Shown here: in pieces, positions 63,401 to 64,000 of the stretch
Layout of the letters: each line of letters opens with the position of its first letter
Numbering within the stretch: position 1 is the first letter of the stretch
Assembly: GCA_963704165.1 (NCBI GenBank)
Contig: CAVPHD010000003.1
Location: forward strand, 160,001-224,000
Source: an uncultured delta proteobacterium
Lineage (GTDB): Bacteria > Myxococcota_A > UBA9160 > SZUA-336
Direction of reading: 5' to 3'
Length of the DNA stretch: 64,000 nt
Program-made: the position numbers and the translations under genes
The notes under the pieces: model-generated
Database searches by the model: none
Told to the model about the DNA's origin: nothing
What the model saw: only the letters and a program-made list of their open reading frames with translations

Positions 63401-63607
63401 CTCGCCCTCGCCGGTCTCGCTCTGCGAAGCCGTGTAGTTGTAATAGGCGGCGTTCACGAGCGGAAACGAGAAGAAGACGCCGATGCTGAGCAGAGTGATC
63501 AGCGTCGCGAAGCGATTTCGCATGATCATCCGGCCAAAGCGCATCGAGAACGCGCTCTCCGGCAGGTTCTCTTCGACGGGACCGCGCTGCGGATTCTGGT
63601 CGGACAT
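60428..63607 (-). CDS. MMPL/RND-family transporter with a periplasmic insertion of about 200 aa
   Basis: 2x(1+5) TM layout; ARSISHTIQ, GIITDAAG, GVGIGVDYSLY, TTGMAVSFTATTL. Confidence 0.9.
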   Translation of the reverse strand: MSDQNPQRGPVEENLPESAFSMRFGRMIMRNRFATLITLLSIGVFFSFPLVNAAYYNYTASQSETGEGELLLGVKARFRVDANVRKTYPEHPYIHSQDKFSGKFGSASFIAIAVIKKEGQIYDYDFLEKVSRVTDKLDKAPNVNHYQVRSLSHINTRVIHIEPDGAIEAVPLLEEIPEEPEDLAKLKETVLENPGMIYGNLVSKDHRACLVSAGFITHRLDNSEAYIELFNYLQNLKAEEEADGTAEIFISGAPMATGYVISQAFEMGYYLLLTIVSLFFLLLAYFRRLHGVAIPMVAGLATAIWGMGFCAWLGITLDPLILVIPLLITARSISHTIQMAERFFEDYEMECGALERKLGRKMTPEEMNEAKVETATTAMAKLMLPGMLGIITDAAGLAVCFLTTIQTMRDLSIFGSFWVIAIIFNVILLHPIMIAYLPPPHAYEHFTPRWMNAFLTFAGNLATGRVSKFALTGGTALALMVATYYVLFHTTVGESRPGVPIFWPDHPFNVATAELGEKFGGVDQMTIFVDGDGKSASSDGLVLQRMEAMQRWMKKHVDPGATISLVDIIKQYWLVNHYADPKWGFVPDSAQTVGGIIFQLQRSSIPGFLRPFLTEDAEDANITFFFRDHKGRTIKRAIHYAQEFIEANPMGRISVRLVEDKGGILSAAYYLFGPVLFPRHSEMVVQVADINDDQKITGYQGKDAVRIDRWTESVDPAEVEKNVIAAIKALSLKKLPEISLTDRMRKDLGLNAQRLGKIGEKLSAEYDYRVETVDSTKEDVMVGLETVGDLVNHIVSRSVYYIDEEWKNDDGNITAQTIRYCRHYCRYELWTQNSKFKDTSFNPQRTNTYTRGAEFVLAGGIMGVYAAVNEEVERGHVANIVLIFLICWTFVAVSYRSPSSGLILVFSLAVATMGSLAYMALRETGLTIQTLPVQSVGVGIGVDYSLYVTDRIKQEYVWCGDLDEAIRRAIRTTGMAVSFTATTLIAGIVVWSFSNLRFQAEMAQLLSILMGMNMLGAVFLVPACVSILRPKFFSASPSASSEQHDMGATQVKSAVGSIG

Positions 63608-63609
63608 GC

Positions 63610-64000
63610 TCACTCCCCCGCGCCGGTCGTCGGGATCTGCTCGCGTTTGGGCAGGATCTCGAACCAGTTCAATCCAGAGTCGGTCGAGCGCAGTACGTTT
63701 CCGCCCGCGCCCACCATCCAGCACACGTTCGGCGTTCCGCACGTCACGTCGCGGAAGTAGCCGTGCTTGTCGGCCGGGAATCGGCCCTTGCCCTTGCCGG
63801 TCTCGTCGCCCAGACGGACGAAGGTGGCTCCACCGTCGTCACTGATCCGGCGAATGCCCTTCTCGCCGACGACGATCAGGTTGCGATCCGCGAACGCGCC
63901 CGAAAAGAGCGCCTGCCTCGAGCCGCTCGGCAAGTACGTCCAGGTCCGGCCGCCATCGGCGGAGCTGAGCAGGACGCCGCCGAGCCCCGTGATCATGCCT
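63610..64000 (-). CDS. YCF48/BNR-repeat beta-propeller protein (C-terminal part, truncated by the window)
   Basis: Asp-box repeats SADGGRTW, SDDGGATF, STDSGLNW. Confidence 0.85.
   Translation of the reverse strand, partial: GMITGLGGVLLSSADGGRTWTYLPSGSRQALFSGAFADRNLIVVGEKGIRRISDDGGATFVRLGDETGKGKGRFPADKHGYFRDVTCGTPNVCWMVGAGGNVLRSTDSGLNWFEILPKREQIPTTGAGE

Noticed and set aside
1..64000. tRNA, rRNA, integrase, transposase or phage genes
   Set aside because: None recognised; intergenic spaces are short and lacked tRNA signatures on reading (no scan run)

Overview
High-GC (visually about 68-70%), gene-dense bacterial chromosomal segment. The gene content (Ser/Thr kinase, STAND-cyclase, WS/DGAT, DUF3604, 2-oxoacid:ferredoxin oxidoreductase, bacterial histone) suggests a Myxococcota/deltaproteobacteria-like organism; this is inference. 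About 50 CDS: housekeeping genes (recQ fragment, xth, rsmE, homodimeric GlyRS, aspS, purN, frmA), many lipid/acyl-CoA genes and signalling genes. No rRNA, tRNA, CRISPR array or transposase was recognised. Eleven genes, including the essential aspS, carry about 14 frameshifts. Thirteen are single-base insertions, which points to read/assembly error rather than pseudogenes. Highlights: (1) a zinc-finger-fused bacterial histone; (2) a CxxU Rdx-family selenoprotein with a SECIS-like hairpin, missing from the ORF track; (3) a Vibrio LuxR/SmcR/HapR-like TetR regulator with two LuxR-type operator palindromes facing an uncharacterised diiron protein / SCP2-like / ferredoxin operon; (4) an MMPL/RND transporter with a serine-less ACP-like domain inserted in a periplasmic loop, followed by a 1,830-aa DUF1302-like outer-membrane protein; (5) a Zn-ribbon / helical protein / SPFH operon. 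All family assignments come from motif recognition by eye, not database searches.
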